Below the pieces are notes generated by a model. It had not been told where the DNA came from and made no database searches. It was given only the letters and a program-made list of their open reading frames with translations. Of a stretch of 64,000 nucleotides of DNA, positions 61,981-64,000 are shown piece by piece (the stretch's first letter is position 1; every line of letters starts with the position of its first letter). Location: assembly GCA_951406725.2 (NCBI GenBank), contig OX597831.1, forward strand, positions 5,518,001 through 5,582,000, written 5' to 3'. Source of the stretch: Octopus vulgaris (Eukaryota). A program made the translations under genes and the position numbers.

Positions 61981-62176
61981 ACTCTTTTACCTCTTTTCCC
62001 TGTTTCAGTCATTTGACTGCGGCCATGCTGGAGCACCGCCTTTAGTCGAGAAAATCGACCCCCACGACTTATTCTTTGTAAGCCTAGTACTTATTCTAAC
62101 AGTCTCTTTGTGCAACCGCTAAGTAACGTGGACGTAAACACACCAGCATCAGTTGTCAAGCGATGGACAAACACAA

Positions 62177-62211
<35 letters not shown>

Positions 62212-62383
62212 CATGTATATATGACGGGCTTCTTTCAGTTTCCAGCTACCAAATCCACTCACAAGGCTTTGGTCGGCCCGAGTCTATAGTAGAAGACACT
62301 TGCCCAAGGTGCCACGCAGTGGGACTGAACCCAGAACCATGTGGTTGGTAAGCAAGCTACTTACACACAGCCACTCCTGTGCC
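61981..62383 (-). mobile_element. SINE family A, full-length copy
   Basis: Reverse complement of the 2285-2733 family. Confidence 0.88.
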
Positions 62384-62397
62384 TATATATATACACA

Positions 62398-63062
62398 TAT
62401 GCAAGGTGCTACAAGGTATTTGAGTTAAATTTGATGATTTTGGGGTTTTTTGTCTCCTTCTTTTCAGAAACAGTCAACAATGTCAGAGAGCATAAGGATA
62501 AAAGTTCTAGTTGAGAAAAAGTTAGTTGTCATAGTGGACTGGAACCCATCAGAATATTGGAAAATACATATTATAATGATTCATGCCAGGTATTGAAATG
62601 CCAACATCATCACTGCTGCTCAATGCTCTTTGGACACTGAAGAGGCTGTGAGATGTGACATGGATAGCTGCAATGGAGACTACGAAACCATGGCCAGCAG
62701 GAAGGAATACAGTAGACGTTCTGAATGAGTCTGCATGTTAGAATTCATCCCCATGTCTTTGAACAGGGCCTTAAACTCAATTTAGATGACAATATGAGCT
62801 GGTGGCCCAGAACAAGGAGGCTTTTGAAGATCTTTCAGGGAAACAGTGAAGAACACATGTGCCACACATGTGCCAGCTTCTAGAACTGTCTTGAGAGAGT
62901 AGTGGAAGCTGAGGGTGGCTTCTTTGAATAAACTGTTCTCTCCCAGCTATCATCTAGTTGATATTTTTTCATTTTGCAAAATACCTTTATTTTTGGACTG
63001 GGTACTGTGCTTTTGTTTTTTTTCCTTTTATGCAAGCTAACAAATTTAGCCTAAACACCCCA
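62398..63062 (+). mobile_element. Decayed, internally deleted Tc1/mariner-superfamily transposon
   Basis: C-terminal LERVVEAEGGFFE* near 62890-62931 resembles Tc1/maT transposase ends; the rest is frameshifted. Confidence 0.5.
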
Positions 63063-63130
63063 TATACATACAAACATACATACATATACATATACATATA
63101 CACACACACACACACATAACTATGCATATA

Positions 63131-63507
63131 CACTTGTGTCAGAAATTAATTAGCACTTCTCAAATTTCTACATTAAATAGGTTAAATCAATTAACCTATG
63201 AGCTATTCAAAACGTCTTATGCGATGAGAAAACTTAGTATGGTGTGATTTCGGTCCTTGCGAGGCACTACCTATATCTATTAAACAAAGGAAGATTTGTC
63301 TGTATCTGCACTCCAAGTTGTTGCACTGCTATGTCAACATCATAAGGCTGTAGACTCTCAAACTGCTCTGCAAACAAAGTTACGTCATCATTCTGCGCAA
63401 CAGTGAACTCGCAACAAAGCAATAGTTCGAGATATGGCCACTAGGTGACAGCACATACCTTGAGTGAAGAGCAAATCAAGGGTGCTAATTAATTTCTGAC
63501 GGTAGTG
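63131..63507. mobile_element. Tc1-type MITE
   Basis: TA|CACTTGTGTCAGAAATTAATTAGCAC ... GTGCTAATTAATTTCTGACGGTAGTG|TA. Confidence 0.82.
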
Positions 63508-63645
63508 TATTTTCATAAATACACACACACACCTGTATACATACTGGGAGAGTGTTTGCATGACTTTTTAAAAACCAAAAGTTAGAAAGTTGCAGCAAAT
63601 GGTTCTCTCCCTCTCTCTCTCTCTCTTGGGAGGCATCATTTTGCA

Positions 63646-64000
63646 GGAGTACTTCAAAGATTTGTACTGGGACCACCAGTGTTTGTGGTGGCTCTCTCAG
63701 CAGACATTCCCCTAGCCAAGCCATGCAGTCAATCACTCTCACCAGCTATGTTGATCACTTGAAAGTATAACAGGTGGTCAAGAAGGACCCTGATGGCATA
63801 CAAAAACTGCAAAATGACCAGAATGCAATATACAAATGGGCTGATGAAGATAACAAGTAGTTCAAAGCCGAGAAGTGTGAAGCACTCCACCATCTGCCCA
63901 CAAACAGATTACGATTGGAATATACAGGGCCAGTGGGGAGTCCAGTCCTAGAGTCAGAGTTGGTACATGACCTGGGAAGCCACATGAGTAATGATGCAAT
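63646..64000 (+). mobile_element. Decayed CR1-clade LINE reverse transcriptase fragment
   Basis: GVLQRFVLGP (for GVPQGSVLGP), SYVDHLK (for YADDTK), LQND..AIYKWA, KCEALH and VHDLG motifs, with in-frame stops. Confidence 0.82.

Overview
AT-rich animal genomic DNA saturated with microsatellites. The repeat content suggests an octopus or related coleoid cephalopod (inference, not verified). The only real protein-coding content I find is ten short minus-strand exons (34758 down to 1764). They have GT-AG boundaries and matching phases, and splice into a 750-nt, 250-codon open frame for the central and C-terminal catalytic part of type I inositol polyphosphate 5-phosphatase (INPP5A; motifs [42 protein letters not shown]). 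The N-terminal exons and the last exon(s) were not found in the window. The rest is intronic: several tRNA-derived SINE families, TTAA-, TA- and 8-bp-TSD MITEs, Helitron/Helentron-like elements, RTE, CR1 and mariner fragments, and minisatellites. Nearly all ORFs in the supplied track are microsatellite artefacts. The most notable hidden signal is a set of at least nine hammerhead-ribozyme-like motifs in small non-coding, often fold-back, elements. These include a possible retrozyme family with covarying structure (about 9.4-9.8 kb and 17.6-17.8 kb) and an intact-core minimal hammerhead at 57851-57890. There are also several long intronic hairpins and a homeodomain-motif-rich enhancer-like block at 60.4-61.6 kb.
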